Shown: positions 12,813-26,368 of the stretch, piece after piece
Layout of the letters: every line of letters begins with the position of its first letter
Position numbering within the stretch: position 1 is the stretch's first letter
Assembly: GCA_010093605.1 (NCBI GenBank)
Contig: MU004181.1
Coordinates: 310,001 to 374,000 of the forward strand
Direction: 5' to 3'
Length of the DNA: 64,000 bases
DNA from: Lophium mytilinum
Lineage: Eukaryota
Notes under the pieces: generated by a model
Databases searched by the model: none
Seen by the model: only the letters and a program-made list of their open reading frames with translations
Told to the model about the DNA's origin: nothing
Made by a program: the position numbers and the translations under genes

Positions 12813-13036
12813 GGGTGATGTCGAGGTTCAAGGAGTGCAAACTGGACTGCCTCTTGACTAAGTGGCTTCTCAGGTGCCAGGCTACCCCCAACAGGGGTGT
12901 CAAGTGAGCCAATTGGATCCAAGCTATATTGGGGGGTGATGTCGAGGTTCACAGAGTGCGAATTGGACTGCCTCTTGACTAACTGGCCACTCATGAGCCA
13001 GACTACCCCCGACAGTGGTGTCCAGTGAGCAAGTTG
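12813..13036. repeat. diverged tandem duplication, 121-bp period x2
   Basis: GGGTGATGTCGAGGTTCA...TGGACTGCCTCTTGACTAA...CTACCCCC at 12813 and 12934. Confidence 0.85.
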
Positions 13037-13398
13037 CAGGCCCAAAGGCTACGATTTTCCAGCCACCGTGGATACCGACAAGTAGGCTGCGGCTCTCAAG
13101 TTTTCGGTGTCCCCCCAGGTCATAGTACAATTCACCACATTTTGCATCATGACTCGCGTAGCCCTGGCCAAACATGTGGCCACCAATTCGAAGAACCACG
13201 TTCAATGATGGATAGAACACTAGCTAGGCTCGGTATTGTAGTTGAGTTACGGAATTTACTTTGATTTGTGACTAGTTGTCTAAAGCTTAGACCGGAGGGT
13301 ACTTTCGCAGCCACGCAATGCCACAGCGAATTGCAGAATGAGAAGACGCTTTTGAAAGAAGGAAATTGTGGAAATCCGCTCATTGGCCTAGAATCTAC

Positions 13399-14179
13399 TC
13401 ATTCTTCCATTTCGGTATCTGGGTCTTGCCTCATGACCTGTAGTTAATTAGCCACTCGGCGTTCCAAAGATGTGAATCCGAATACTCACGTTGTCCCCCT
13501 GACCAGCTCCAGAGGCACCGGCGGTAACACTCAATTGAGCAAATGCTTCGTCAAGATCGACCTCTTTGACAACTCTGATGAGCGGCAGATGTTGTGCCCC
13601 GGCCACATCGCCGGCTGGAGACTGCCAGCCGCAGTCGTGGTTGTGTGTTGAAGGGCAGAAGAATTTGATGTCGCCTGCAACGAGTCGCGGGTGTCCTCTG
13701 ACCGGTTCCAACTTGTGCGTAAGCCACCCGTGGATACACGCAGCATTCTTCTCATCGCGGTTGAGTTCCCCGGTCGTTGCATCCACGATCCCAACCCAGC
13801 TTGCGGTTTCCAAAGAGAGCAAGTGGTCTAGCAGGTCTCGGCAGAAACAGTCCTTGCTGGATGCATTCTCCAGGACCCAAAAGCCAGAGACGCGAGGAAC
13901 CCACTTTCTCGGCATCGCCCACATAGCACACAGGGCGTCAAACAGGCCATTCTTGAATACCATGTTGTCCGTGTGCTGGTTGGCCTCTAGCAAATCCGCT
14001 TGGTCTTCCCACAAGAACCGGAACGTTGTCTCGCTATCTTCCTGTGTAGTAGTTAGTAATCAGCTATGGTTTGAGTTGTAACTGGTGTTTCTCCTTACGT
14101 CTGGAATTCCGCTCATGTGCAACGAACAGCTTTGCTCACGCGCATGACCCTGACTGGGTTGCTGGGCGGCAGATGCCAT
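13399..14179 (-). CDS. Cys/His-rich hypothetical protein, family B, copy 1
   Basis: Exon ending CSLHMSGIPD|GTAAGG, core exon EDSETTFRFLW..WAMPRKWVPR..CFCRDL..ACIHGWL..FCPSTHNHDCGW, last intron GTGAGT..CTAAT..CAG, then VMRQDPDTEMEE*. Start may lie further upstream. Confidence 0.65.
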
Positions 14180-15450
14180 GGCTGGGTTTGAAGCCAGAGG
14201 AAGTGCTTCTGGCTGTGATCGTTCCGGAAAGGATCGTGTGCGGCTCGTAAACTCCGCAGTGTCTTTCGCAGAGGTCGCGCGTGGTATTCACTGGATATCT
14301 TTCAGTCGTAAGCATCGTAAGCGTTGATTTGGCGACAAGGAAAAGTCTTACCATGAGAGGAATGGAGAGCGGCAGTGCGAGGTCGACGCGAACCCGGCTG
14401 GCGGTGACGTGCGGACGGTGCGTCCTCGATGATGCTTTGCCAACAGGAAGATTCGAAAAGAGTGGAGGGTCGGGGTGCAAGGGCTGGTCTCTCGCGAGAG
14501 CGCAGATGGTGTTGAGGTGTGGTGTCGTTGGCGCTAGCGCTCGCGCTAAAGGAGTTTGAAAACCGCTGCCTCAACGCGGAGCGCAGTAACCTTTCTCCGT
14601 AGAAGGTCTATTACGGGTAGCTAGACGTACAGAGGCGTAAGCTATCAAGAAGGATAGCGAGGGGTACTTAGACTTACACTAGGCTCGTCCCTTCGTGCTT
14701 TTTTGAATCCGAATTTCTGATGCCGTGTTCGAACCGAAGAAGGGGCCGATCAAACAGCCAGCTAAGACGTAGCGTATATGCAAAACTATGTCCTGAAACA
14801 TACGATATCATGAATTCAAATCCAGCCACACTCGCTCTTCAGTTCCCAGTCCAGGAAAGCCGAGGCTGATTTGAGGTATATCAAAGAAGTAGGTGAATGC
14901 TCGCACAGCTTCAAGGTAGAGGGAATGTCTCTTCCTCGCCGTTCTGATATACAATCGAGAACATTTGCACCCCCTCGAGCTTCCTTGATTGCTCCGTTCT
15001 ACGAATGGAAGACTCCCATATTAGGCAGAGTCTGGAAAATTCTTTTTGGAAATTTTGGGTGTATACAAGGCAATTTCGGTCGTGTACTATTGGCGTGACA
15101 TAGCATGTCGATAGAAAATCACCGACCAGTCTTAGCGGCTACATTCATTGAAGTTCTAAATGCACGTTTGAACTACGCCGACGGTATCTACTCCACCAAG
15201 GGTCTAACCTCAGACATCCCACACAAGTCCTAGCCACAAGCAAAGAACCCATCCATTTTCTAGCATACCCGTCGTGCCGAAGCCCAGAAATGCAAAAGCT
15301 AAGAGTGATACCCACTACTGCTAAGCCTTGCCAACATCTCGTGTAATTGCCAGGTACTATGAGCCCCGTTTGAGAAACATCCTACGATGAGCCTCATTCG
15401 CTATGTAGTATATCAGCAGACCTTCCCTCCAGTGATTGCCGCAAAGAAAC

Positions 15451-16453
15451 TTACATTCGCATCGCCTCCGACAGCACCCATCGCTTCTTCGCCGCCTTCC
15501 ACTTCTCCAATTCCTGCGCCCATCGTTCGGCAAAGCCCTCCTCTATCTGCACTATCTTTCCCAGGCTGAGGCCGTCAGTCCGCGGCCCTTCGCCACTGGC
15601 ATACTCCCCACGGATGTCGGAGAACTTGAGATGGTGGAGGATGTTCGAGGCCCAGCACAGGCGAAGCTTGCCATTGGCCACGCGGGGGTGGTCGAGAATC
15701 GGGCACACCATCGACAATACCTTGTCTTGTGCGGCGTGGGTCTCTGCTTCGATGTCGCGCCACGAAGACAGCTTGGCCGAGAACGTGATCTTCTTGGACG
15801 TCTCGCGGCTCGCGAAAGCCTGCATGGCGTTGGCGCAGGGATGGTTGACGGGTTTCGCTTCTTCTATCTCGTCGCGATGCGGCGTCTCGATGATTCGGAC
15901 GCTGTGGATGTACCGAGCGAGGACCTCGGGGTAGCGCGCCAACCATCTGAACGCTTCCGCCACGCCGCCGGCCTCCAACCAGGGGGTGTTTTGGAAGAAG
16001 CGAGGCAGTTCGTCAGCTCTGCCAGGCCATGCGGATTCGAACTGTGACAGACTCCAGCGCTAGAAGAGTCGAGTCAGTCATTTTTCCTCGCGACGATAGC
16101 TTGAAGAGATCGCTCACAGTCGGGAGACGGCGGCCAGTCTTCTCACACTTTCCGTCGATGGTGTACGAGCAAATGGGCTAAAGGAACAATGGTCAGCTTC
16201 AGGTGCAAAGGAGACGCGTACGCGCGGTGCTTACTCCGACGAGAGGTTCGCCCTGGGCCATCTCGTTGAAGCCCTTGGAGTGGGCAGCGAGTATCTCCTG
16301 GTACAAGGCTGGGCGATTGCGGGCGGGTAGAGCCCGAGCGGCAGCTATTCCCCCCGTGATCAAGCTCTGGGTCGGCTGGGCCTGTCGGCGGGCGAAGGAA
16401 GGGGGAGAGAGTGGCTCCATCTCAAGAACAGAAGTGGCAATACGTGAAGACAT
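15451..16453 (-). CDS. hypothetical protein, 3 exons
   Basis: ATG 16453. GTAAGC and GTGAGC donors with CTGAC branch sites and TAG acceptors appear to link to the 15451-15978 ORF; exact phases not checked. Confidence 0.5.
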
Positions 16454-17041
16454 GCTGTGCTGTCGCCACGATGCGGAGCTGTTGGTGTTGTTGTGGAAAT
16501 GATTTTGGAAAATTCGATTGCGGGCTTGTGATCAAGTGGCCAATGCCACATCTCGGACCGAGTTTGTCCTAGCGTACTCTGGTGGTCACCGCCGAGGACG
16601 CGCACCTCGAGAAACCGGGTACAAGTGGCGCTATGGTCACTCGCCGCTATGTCACTGGTACACCACGAGGAGCTGATGAGTGCAAAAAGATGGAGTCCGT
16701 AGATAATATCACCAATCAATGTTGAATTCCATATGAAGTACCTGAATTTGGAAGATTTTGTTCCTCGAAACCGCGAGTAGCAGTATTCAGCAGCATTTGG
16801 GAGGTGTGAATAGTGTACTTTTGAATTAAGGAAGTCTCATATGGGTGAGCTATGGCACCAGAAACCAGTCTACAGAATAAAGAGAAACCGCCAGGGTGAA
16901 TGGGTTTTGTGAGGGAATGAAAATGTCATCGTGGGGAATGGGCAGGACCTCAAAACCATTTTTACCAACTCTTCTTGCATTGGGGATTTCGAATCCAGCT
17001 TCCTTCCAGCTTCCTTGGTGGACTTCTTTTGTCGTCTCACG

Positions 17042-17907
17042 TCACTCCGTGTCCAGCTCCTGAAAACGCAGTCAGTTGGCTTCTATTTACTCCAAGATAG
17101 CAGATATAGGCACTCACCATGCCTTCTCCACTGCCTTCAGCGTTGCCGTCTGTCACATTCATTTGCATTTGCGCCAGTATTTCGTCGAGTCCTGGAGGTC
17201 TGATGAGCGGGGTCTGCTTTTCAACTCGGCGCTCGTTGTAGGTTTTCTTCGTCCAGTCGCACTTGTGATTGTGGTCAGAGGGGCAGAGGAATTGAAAGCT
17301 GCCCGACTCAATCCGAGGATCTTCCCAAACGAGGTTCAAGTCCAGCCTATGCACAAGCCATTCGTGGGTACAAGCGGCTGCTTCTGGATTTGGCGGAAAG
17401 GGGTTAGCAGCAGTGTCGATGAAATTGACGCAGGGCAGATTCTCGAGCGAAAGCATATGGGAAATCAGATCCCCACAGCAGCACGCTTGGTTGGTAGCGT
17501 TCTCCCAAATCCACAACCCGCCAAAACGAGGGAGCCAATCGACGGGCATAAGCCAGAGGGCCATCAGCGCCCCGAGCAAGCCTCCAGAATATAGAAGGTA
17601 GTCGACGAATGTGTTATGCTCGAACAACTCCGCGATGCCGGGCCAGAAGGTGGTGAACGCTTCCCGGTCATGCTTCTACATCATGGTGAGTCCCAGCGTC
17701 AAGAAGATTAGGGCGTTGCCGGTACTTACGGCGGGGAGTCCGTGAAGTCCAAAGTTGCATAGTCCCTGACTCGTATCCGTCTAGATTCCTGATAAGAGTC
17801 TAAATATTGACCGGAAAGGCAGACTGGCTTACATCCTTGAACCCCAGCTGTGCAAAGGGGCCTATGCCGGAGCCGGCACTGCGCGAGAAGTCTGTCGAGG
17901 AGGACAT
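17042..17907 (-). CDS. Cys/His-rich hypothetical protein, family B, copy 2 (4 exons)
   Basis: ATG 17907 with 75-nt exon 1, 51-nt exon TDTSQGLCNFGLHGLPA, core exon ..WLMPVDWLPR..CCCGDL..ACTHEWL..LCPSDHNHKCDW, last exon ELDTE*. The introns flanking the core match copy 1. Confidence 0.7.
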
Positions 17908-19243
17908 GTTGCCAGAGATGTTTGGCGGCGGGGGTGATGTCGAGCGATCGATAGGTCGCCGGGGGACGCGGACTACCGTGTGTTTAGTTAATTATCAAAC
18001 TCAAACGCGCAGCGGAGGAAGAAAGGCGTACAGCGCAAAGTTCCAGTGTCTGCAGCTCCGATTTTTGAGCCTGGCAGGCGATGGGGTGGGGGATCGGGAG
18101 GCAACGCGACGCCCTATCAGCGCAATGGCAGAAAGTCGGTCGGTTGCTGGCCGGATAAAGGGAAGGAGGTGGAGTAGAGGTGGGCGGAGTTGCATCGCCT
18201 TCGGATTGTCGATGTTGTTGGAGTGGGGTGCTGCTGGCGCTGGTGAGCTTCCTAGATCCAAAATCGCAGAAGCGGAGCGCAGTAACAATTTCCCGTGCGA
18301 TTCCCATTGCGATTGTATCGCCTCATTCAAAATGGACATATCTACAAATCTGGAGAGCTAAAGAGAGTACTTGCGTTACATGTATTGGGGTCTTTTTATC
18401 AAGCCTATGGCTCGTTTCGAACTTTGTTTGGACCGGGCATAGAAACGGAGTTTTCAACGAGACTGGCTGGCAGCTCTTTAGGCCCGCTCTCGGCCCCCCA
18501 GCACAAATTCAACGCTATGAGATTGGATGGGGCTCTGAATATACTACCTCGATATCTCCCTCAAACCCACCCGCTGCATATCATACTTCGGGCCCCTGAC
18601 GTTCAGCCACCTCCGTCTCAACTGCGAAATCTCCTCCAAACTCCGGCATAGTTTCCCTAAAGACTTCCCTCTTTGCTTCAGGACGCCCGCGCAGTCTACT
18701 TGAAGCCTTGAAGTACGCGCGCAGTGTGCTAGGAACGAAAATTGCTCGCGACAACGCAGCCTTCTTTGCGTTCTAGCATACCTCTCCCGCTAGATCTTTT
18801 CCCTTACCAATTCCAATCAGTGCCTAAATCAGCACAGCGTAAGCTCCGATAGATCCCCTCAGACGCCCTGTTTCCAGTACTTTCTCTGTCCGGGAAAATC
18901 TCCGCAGAATAGTAACGCATGCTTCTATTCTTTACGGAGTGTTCACCGCCTGCAGACTTCTGCGCGCGCCATATGGGTCGAGGGAATGTGTACGACACAC
19001 CGCAGCTACACGAGCTACCGGCTGTCGAAAGAAGCGGTGGCCTCACACAAGGTGCCTCGAGGCGCGCCGATTATGGAGTTTGTGATACCTCCAGCCCAAT
19101 TCTTCAACCCTATCCCCGTTTGTTCCCCAGGCGAGTTGGTGCTGATGGCAGGACTCCGCGTTCTTTACTCCATAAAAAGGGGAGCATTCGGCTCATATCT
19201 GCGGGCTGGAGGGGTTCAGCGAAGCCGGTAACTCGGCAGCTTG

Positions 19244-19440
19244 TTACCTTCCTGGCGCGTTCGTATGTGGTAGCTCGATCTCGTCCAGCGGCGTCGATGT
19301 TTGATATTGGGGATGCCGCAACGCGTATCCTGAGGGATCATTTTGTATTGAATTTGAGAAAGAAAGGTCATCTTTTATAAAAATTCCGACGATATCGTCC
19401 CAGATCTCTTTCGGGAACGTGCCGAAACGCACACCTGAAT
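19244..19440 (-). pseudogene. possible F-box-like remnant
   Basis: RFGTFPKEIWDDIVGIF resembles the family A PxEIW motif; no continuous model could be built. Confidence 0.3.
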
Positions 19441-20769
19441 CCCGCGAGGCTCTGGAAGCTTGACGCTACCGACCACAAGCTGTGTACCCATGTCGTCTAA
19501 ATTCTTGTCGCGGACACCGCCTGAAGTGTAAGGTGCGCCTGAGGCAACTCCGTCCGACGCTTGGTGCATCAGCGGTAGTGGAGCAGTCGATACCGCCGGC
19601 CTTGATAGGAGGGTCGTCTTTGTCGACATTGGCCTCGATTAAAAGCAGGAGACGTGTCGGATGTTCGTCGAGATGAGCTCGTCGCCGGTAGGCAAACGAG
19701 GTTGCGATGCTGCCGATTCTCCGAGAACATGTACTCAGATGCTGTCAGCTCAGTCCATGTAACACTGCGAGTAGGACACCTACCTGGAATACCTCTGTGA
19801 CCACAGCCGTGCCTGTCATCCCTTTCCTGGACTCGAAAGCGTCAGCATGTGGGCTGACTGGGGCCATACTCTGAGGTTAGGCCCTTGGACCTCCTGCGCT
19901 AGGAGGGATAAGCCAACACCCCGAAGGTTCGTTCTGCTATCCAGCAGACCCCAGTCTGAAGACGCGGAGGGGAGGGAGCCAATAAGGGCGACATTACGAG
20001 TCTTTCAAGAGACTGGCGAAAGCTCAGACGTGAGTGTGGCAGCTGGGAGCAGACCAGTGGCGGCAGATTTGACCTCCATCCACACAGTGTAGCTAATGAC
20101 GCACCTCTCAAGGCATTGCTACTCCATCAGAGACACGCGATGGGAGCTGCCAGCTGCGCGCCATACAAAGAAGCCCACAGTCGCGCCTCAACTTTCCCAT
20201 CGCGACGCGCGCCGGCGGGATCTGGCGCGTCAACAAGCACGAAGAGAGATAGTACCACAGCAAGGAAATCAGTTGTCACGATCACATAGCACGACAGGAG
20301 CTTGTTGCAAGAAGAAACATGTTCATTGATATCACGAAGCAAACTTTGTTTATAAAAATGTATGAAAACAGTCTCAATTCCAGGTCCAATGTATAGAAAA
20401 TTAACAGAGAACAGATCGGAACGAGCATCATGAATGGACAGCCTTGTCAACTCACCGAAGTGAATGCCACGCGCCAAGTATTATTCTCCTCCCGAGAAGA
20501 TGCCGATAAGGTACTGATCCCGCCCTTACCCAAGCATGAAAGGAGTTGTAGCTTGAAGAAGAAGAAAAGGCTTTGTGGCTCGCGAAAAGATATTTATTGG
20601 GGCCAGCAACCGAGCTAGTTCCAATTGCGTTAGCGTATTTTATCACGTGCTGCCACATCACTGCTCGATACTGGCCGTCTTCTTGGACCAGTCGTCAAGT
20701 CAAAGCGGCTGTGACATCCGCCAGCTCAGATCTCGCAAACGACCCTTCTTCACACCACCAAGAGCAGAA

Positions 20770-21615
20770 ATGGCACCGTCAGTTCCTGCCCCTGAGCCCG
20801 CGAACGTGGCAGCAAAGCTTCAGGTAAGCATTCTTCCACTATGAGACTGCTTTCCCGCATCCAGACTGACACTGCGGGGACAGCATACCGTGTTTTCTCC
20901 TGCGCCCGAATCTGCGGTCTTTCGCACTCCAATCGAGATGTGGAAGCACATCGTGGAAGACGCCGACGAGTCGAACACGCCGATCTTCCTCAAGTACGAG
21001 CTTGCCAGCTACGGAGTGTCCAGAAAGAGCAGCATCGACGATGAGGCCCGCTCCGGTGTGAAGACCCTACTCTCTCTGCGCAAGACGGAGCACTTCCTGG
21101 GTGAGATGGCAGGCTGCGTGCTCCTCAACGACCGCCCCTACTTCTTCAGCGACCTGAACCAACTCGCTTGGTTCTACGACGACTGCGCTCCCGGCCGCGA
21201 GAACGAGCTTTGGGAGATCAACGTTCGCGGCGTGTACTCTTCCACCACCACACCCACCCCGAACGACAAGACGCCTGCGGAGATATGGGGGATAATCGAG
21301 GCCGCCGGACCCCGCTCTCTCACCCTTCTTCCTGTTTACCAGCCTGTTGACACCCTCTTCGGCCGCGCATACCAGGAGCAGCAGAGGATGTTGGATGATA
21401 TCCCGATCAGCCTGCTGGGAACGAAGGTCAAGGGCGAATACGTGGTTCGCTACCATATGCAGGAGAACTTGGAGGTGCTGGGCTTGGGTGCCAAGGAGAG
21501 ACACTACGCAGGCGTCCTGAACGACCGGTTTGAGAAGATGCGGCGCACCAAGCTGGGTTTGGAGGGTGGGTTGACCTCGTGGCGGGCTATGGGTCTCTCT
21601 GATACTCCTGTTTAG
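20770..21615 (+). CDS. F-box-like protein, family A
   Basis: ATG 20770. Phase-0 intron 20824-20883 (GTAAGC..CTGAC..CAG). Motifs FRTPIEMWKHIV, IWGIIEAAGPRSLTL, GEYVVRY, LNDRFEK. Confidence 0.8.
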
Positions 21616-23033
21616 CCGGGGCGAGGCTGCTCGGGAGGGGACTTCGTATGTGAAGGATTCTGTTGGCAGAGGGGGAAGCGTGAGGGCGGGCATAAGCGCA
21701 GACTGCAGTAGACAGGGTGGTACATCGGGCTAGAGGGGAAGATTACGCGGAGATTTCTAGATTTTGGGTGGGAAAAAAGGACAATTCATCACAGACGCCT
21801 TGGGAGAGACTCCAGTGTTCCTCAATGCAGTTCTACTCGTATTACTCTATCTCATGATTAGCATAACTACTAAGTGAGCCCTTCACATGTCTGACATGCT
21901 AAGATCTCCATCGTTGCAAAACTTGTACGATTTCCCCGTTATGACGGCGCCAAAATGCGGTTCCATCAGAACGATGACCTGCTCGGGGATAGAGCTGGCT
22001 CTGTATCTCCATATCAAAAGAAGTGCCTATAAAACAACGCCGCCAGCGCGCCCCGGAGAACCATACCGCGTTCTCTCAACTGCGGTAGCTCGAGTAAAGC
22101 CAGGCACATCTACGCCGCCGTCAACGCGTTCACGCAGCCTCGCCGACCGGCGACAGCAAGGTCGCGGAAATCATGAAGCAACAAGACACATGTGATGACA
22201 AGGCAAAGGTTCGGAGTCACAACAGCAAGGTGTCACAAGATAAAATGTATGAGCAATCTTTTGGAGCGAACGCGTTATGGAGAGAACGCGATCGGACACG
22301 TATAGCTCACTGCACCGAAGTACATCAATCTTCTCACAAGCAACCAGCGGAAAAGAAACGAATATCCAGTCCCGCAGTTGGAGTGCTACAGTGAGTTTTG
22401 GAAACAACGAGGGAGAGAAGAGGGACGGGGCGCGACGGCCTTGATATACGCGAGCGAGGTGTGTTAGCGGCTTGGCAATGACCACCTCCGATCACCGAGG
22501 CAGCTTCGAAAGGGACAGAATGGTGCTCTGGTATCGAGCATGCTCAATGGTAAAGTTTCTCTGGTGATCCGCACTGGCCATTGCCAAGGAAGTGGCAATC
22601 CCGCGCGTATATGGCAATGGGCGCGCTCGCAAGGAGACCAGATGGTAGGAGGGCGTGCAAGGGGCGAATTACATTCACAGAGGGGCTTCCTTGGAAAATC
22701 AGATTCCAATTGCATTTTTGAACTTAGGGAACATGCCTTCTACAGGCAGGTTACAAACAGTATAGGATCAAGATCTAGGAGAACATTCGCAGCAGTCTGA
22801 TGTCGTTCACGGGCTGCCCCATCACTTCACCATTGTGGCCGCGTTCAGCCGCTCACGGCCCAAATAAGCTCTCAGTCACTTCGGACTCGGCTGCTGCTTT
22901 GCCGCACTTATCGCTTCAAACGTCCACACAATTCTGGACTCGATCCTCACAGCTTCAGCTCGCGCCCCGTCAACGCCAACGACATCGACATAAACTCTTC
23001 CATCACCCCGATATATCCCGTTCCTCCATCACC

Positions 23034-23759
23034 ATGTCGCAGCAAGCTACGCCTCAAGTACGCCTTCGAGACCTCCAGCCTCTGCGTCCCCAAGCTAACA
23101 GGTCATAGAGCCGTGCAATCAACCTCGTGCCGACGGAGATATGGCACTACATCTGCGAGCTAGCCCAGGAAGAGCCTGAACCCGTGCACCTCGTATACAC
23201 CTTCGAGAGCATGGGCGCGCATCCGGTCAGCAAGCTCCGCCGAGGCGATGCCGCGAGCCTCAAAACCATCCTCTCCCTGTGCCTTGTCAACAAGAAAATT
23301 GGACCGGTCGCGAAGCGCATTCTCTACACAGGACGCGCATACTTCTTCAAGGACTTGTTGCAGTTGTTCTTCTTCTATGGCGCCTATCTACGCGGCTGCG
23401 AAGACCTCCTCTGGCATATCGCCGTCACGGAGCGGTTCATCTTCTACACTTTCGGACCCGTTACTACCATCACCCTTGAGATGATCTGGGCGGTCGTCGA
23501 GCAAGCCGAGCCACACTCTCTCACCTTATTCTCCACCCCCCATCATTTGCATGGGTTCTCCATCTCTTACGCTCGGAATCATGTTGCTATCACCGCCGGC
23601 ATTCCCGTATCCTTCCTCAGACGACGCATTGCTAGCACTAACGAGTTCGTCGTCAAGTACGGCACGGCAAATTCTGCCGGGCAGCGTGCTGGAGTTCAAT
23701 TAGTTGCTAATCATGTGACCGCTAGGGTGGAGACGAGGTTCGAACAACGTCGCCCATGA
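23034..23759 (+). CDS. F-box-like protein, family A
   Basis: MSQQATPQ, intron 23058-23108 (GTACGC..GCTAAC..TAG), then SRAINLVPTEIWHYICEL, IWAVVEQAEPHSLTL, EFVVKY, VETRFEQ. Confidence 0.8.
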
Positions 23760-24654
23760 GGGCTACGCGGGGGAGTTGGTATGGAGAAGCTTGGTGAGTA
23801 CTTGAGAGAACAAGGAGGGGATCAAGGTTGCATTGGGGACTTTTCAAGGCGAGATTAGCCGGCTTCTTCTTCTGGCGATAGACCTAATATTCAAAGCTCT
23901 CCACTCTCCATCATGAATCTGTTCGTTCGACGGTGACATTTGATGTCGGCATGACGGTGTAAGACTGTCTTCATGGAATCCTGTTCGACTTCGATGTAAT
24001 ACTACGGTTAGAAGATGCATATCGGAAGCGGTGAGCTGGAAGTGGTACTACAGCAACATGGCGGGACTTGGAGGACCTTGACAAGTCCATTCGAATGTGC
24101 ACACTCTCAGACTCTAGCGCATTGCAAATTAGAGTATCACTTGCTTCATACCTTCACATGTAATATACATCTCGTAGTGGCTGCAGTAGCTAGAATTATG
24201 TTGAGTACCTCCTGAACCTTCTATAAACTGCTCTTCTTAATATAGAGATTGCCACAGTGCCTGTCAAGAACACTCCTCCATGATGGCCAGATTGAAGATC
24301 CAAACGGAGTAGCATGCACCTACCCCGGAACTGCCGGTATGCTTACCACCACCTCCCATATCTAATCCTTCCTCCGGATCACCTACAACCCTGGGAACCC
24401 CTTCGAGACACCCCTGGACCAGCTAAAATCTCTTCATCATGATTCGACAACCCAAGCCTTCGATATGGCAATCAACTCGGAGCTATGCCGTTCGCCTCAT
24501 CAACCCTTTGAACCGAAACCCCCGCCTTCTTCTGCGCTCTCGCCATATCCTGGCAACTAGATGAGCAATAGTACCCGGATCGTCTACCCGGCGGCGCTAC
24601 GTTCTCACACTCCGGAAGAGCGCATTGACGGTTATCCAGGCCGGCAGGATGTGG

Positions 24655-26010
24655 TTAGGTCCGTCGAGGTTGACCGGATACCGTGTCTATGGTAGAAACG
24701 GCACCTTTTGCGCGGCTGCGGCGGGGAGTTCCTCCAAGTTGCTGACATGCGTAGCTGCAATAACGACCGTAGCCCAAGCCTGGTGGAGCCGTGCCAGAGC
24801 ATCCCTCTGCGAGGCAAGGGCGTTGGTCCAGAAGCTCTGGGTGAACGCCGGGCTTCCGACGCGTTGAAACAGCCCTCGGTCTGTTCTTTAGGAGACCGGA
24901 GGGAGATGAAGAGGCGGTACTCTTAACGTGCCCCATTCTAGGAGCTAGGGTACGAAGAGCGGCTGTAGAGCCTGCAGGAGCTAGCGGCGTCGAAAATGCG
25001 TGTTGGTTGAACACAGGTCCATTACCTGGTTGGCGAGGCTGCTGTTGATTGCTGTGAGGATCAGGGTAGTCCGATGATGTGGATTGGCCCGTGACTTCCT
25101 CATGCTGTCCCAGTTGGAAGTTTTGCCGCTCCCCAACGACGACACGGCCCTCGGGTTGGTAGCCCAAACCAAGTCCACCGTAGACTCCTGTGGAAGCATG
25201 GACGGTTCCTGCGGGTGCCAGAAGTCCGTCCTGAAGAGGACTGCAAAAGCTTTCCCATGTTGCGGGAATTCCATTTTCGTCCGTCAATCCATCTTCAGGA
25301 GGCATGACGGCATTGCGAAGTCCAACCCTGTAAGCACGGCCGGCCGCCTGGTCGATGTCATGGAGCTCAGAAGGGCTTTCAACTTGACCAAGCGTCCCAG
25401 GGAAAGGGGATATGGGGATGCCGTTCTCGAAAGCCCATGTCTGATAGGCAGCTCCTGAGATGTTGTCCTGAGGTAGTTGTTGCAATTCACCGGTAATAGA
25501 CATGCGACTTCCCGCATAACCTGGCGGGCCATACGGCATGGCTGATACAGGAGCGTCCTGCATGTCTGCACCAGCTCCATAGGGTACAGAGTCGTCGTTC
25601 TGGAGGTGGGAATGGTGATTGGCGAGCGAGTCTGACCCCATATCTGATGCCGCGGCGGTGTAAGCAGCGCTCGGCGTGTGCGCAAAGGGGCTAAATGGGA
25701 AAGGTCGGAAAGAGCCCTCGAAATCATGGTGCAGCGGATTGTTGATGGCGCGTGGGGTGGCCATTTCGGTCGAGAGGGTACGGAGACTTGGATTCTGGCG
25801 CTCATGCGCAGAAGGTTGTTGAGTGCCGCGGAGTTGCGATTTACTGCTGCCAGCAGAATTTTGACCAGCATTCGGCTCAGGCTGTGCTCCTTTGACCACC
25901 TTCGTGGCTCGAGCTGGCGCTGGGATCTGTCCTGGAGGATTGGTGGAGCTCGCTTGGGCCGCTTGGAACTCAGGGGGAAGAGACATGTCATATCCTCTGC
26001 CGCGCCCCAT
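24655..26010 (-). CDS. low-complexity hypothetical protein with C-terminal Cys4 motif
   Basis: 451-aa ORF, S/P/Q/G-rich, containing CLAEGCSGTAPPGLGYGRYCSYAC. Confidence 0.65.
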   Translation of the reverse strand: MGRGRGYDMSLPPEFQAAQASSTNPPGQIPAPARATKVVKGAQPEPNAGQNSAGSSKSQLRGTQQPSAHERQNPSLRTLSTEMATPRAINNPLHHDFEGSFRPFPFSPFAHTPSAAYTAAASDMGSDSLANHHSHLQNDDSVPYGAGADMQDAPVSAMPYGPPGYAGSRMSITGELQQLPQDNISGAAYQTWAFENGIPISPFPGTLGQVESPSELHDIDQAAGRAYRVGLRNAVMPPEDGLTDENGIPATWESFCSPLQDGLLAPAGTVHASTGVYGGLGLGYQPEGRVVVGERQNFQLGQHEEVTGQSTSSDYPDPHSNQQQPRQPGNGPVFNQHAFSTPLAPAGSTAALRTLAPRMGHVKSTASSSPSGLLKNRPRAVSTRRKPGVHPELLDQRPCLAEGCSGTAPPGLGYGRYCSYACQQLGGTPRRSRAKGAVSTIDTVSGQPRRT

Positions 26011-26368
26011 GGCTGCGGTGATGATGGATCGTTGAGGATGGCGGTATCAATTCGCGGATCGAATGGAGGTGGATAGAAAAGAAGCTTGAGGCACGAAGTC
26101 ATAATGACGCTATGCCGATTCGGGCCGGTAAGCCCTGCGGGCAAGCCCATCACTTCTCGTTTGCAGCTCCGCTCTAACCCTCATCGTCCAGCCTGTACTA
26201 AGATCTCGTCGATTGTTGTCATTGATTTGCTGGACCGACCTTTAATCCTCCCTATCTTACTCGCACGGCTCCACTGCACCTTCACCCGACGCAGTCATCG
26301 GCAGCGGCGAAGCCGCCAAAAAGCATCAACTACTCCACCCGCCTGCAGAACGTGGTTTTAGCAAAAGG

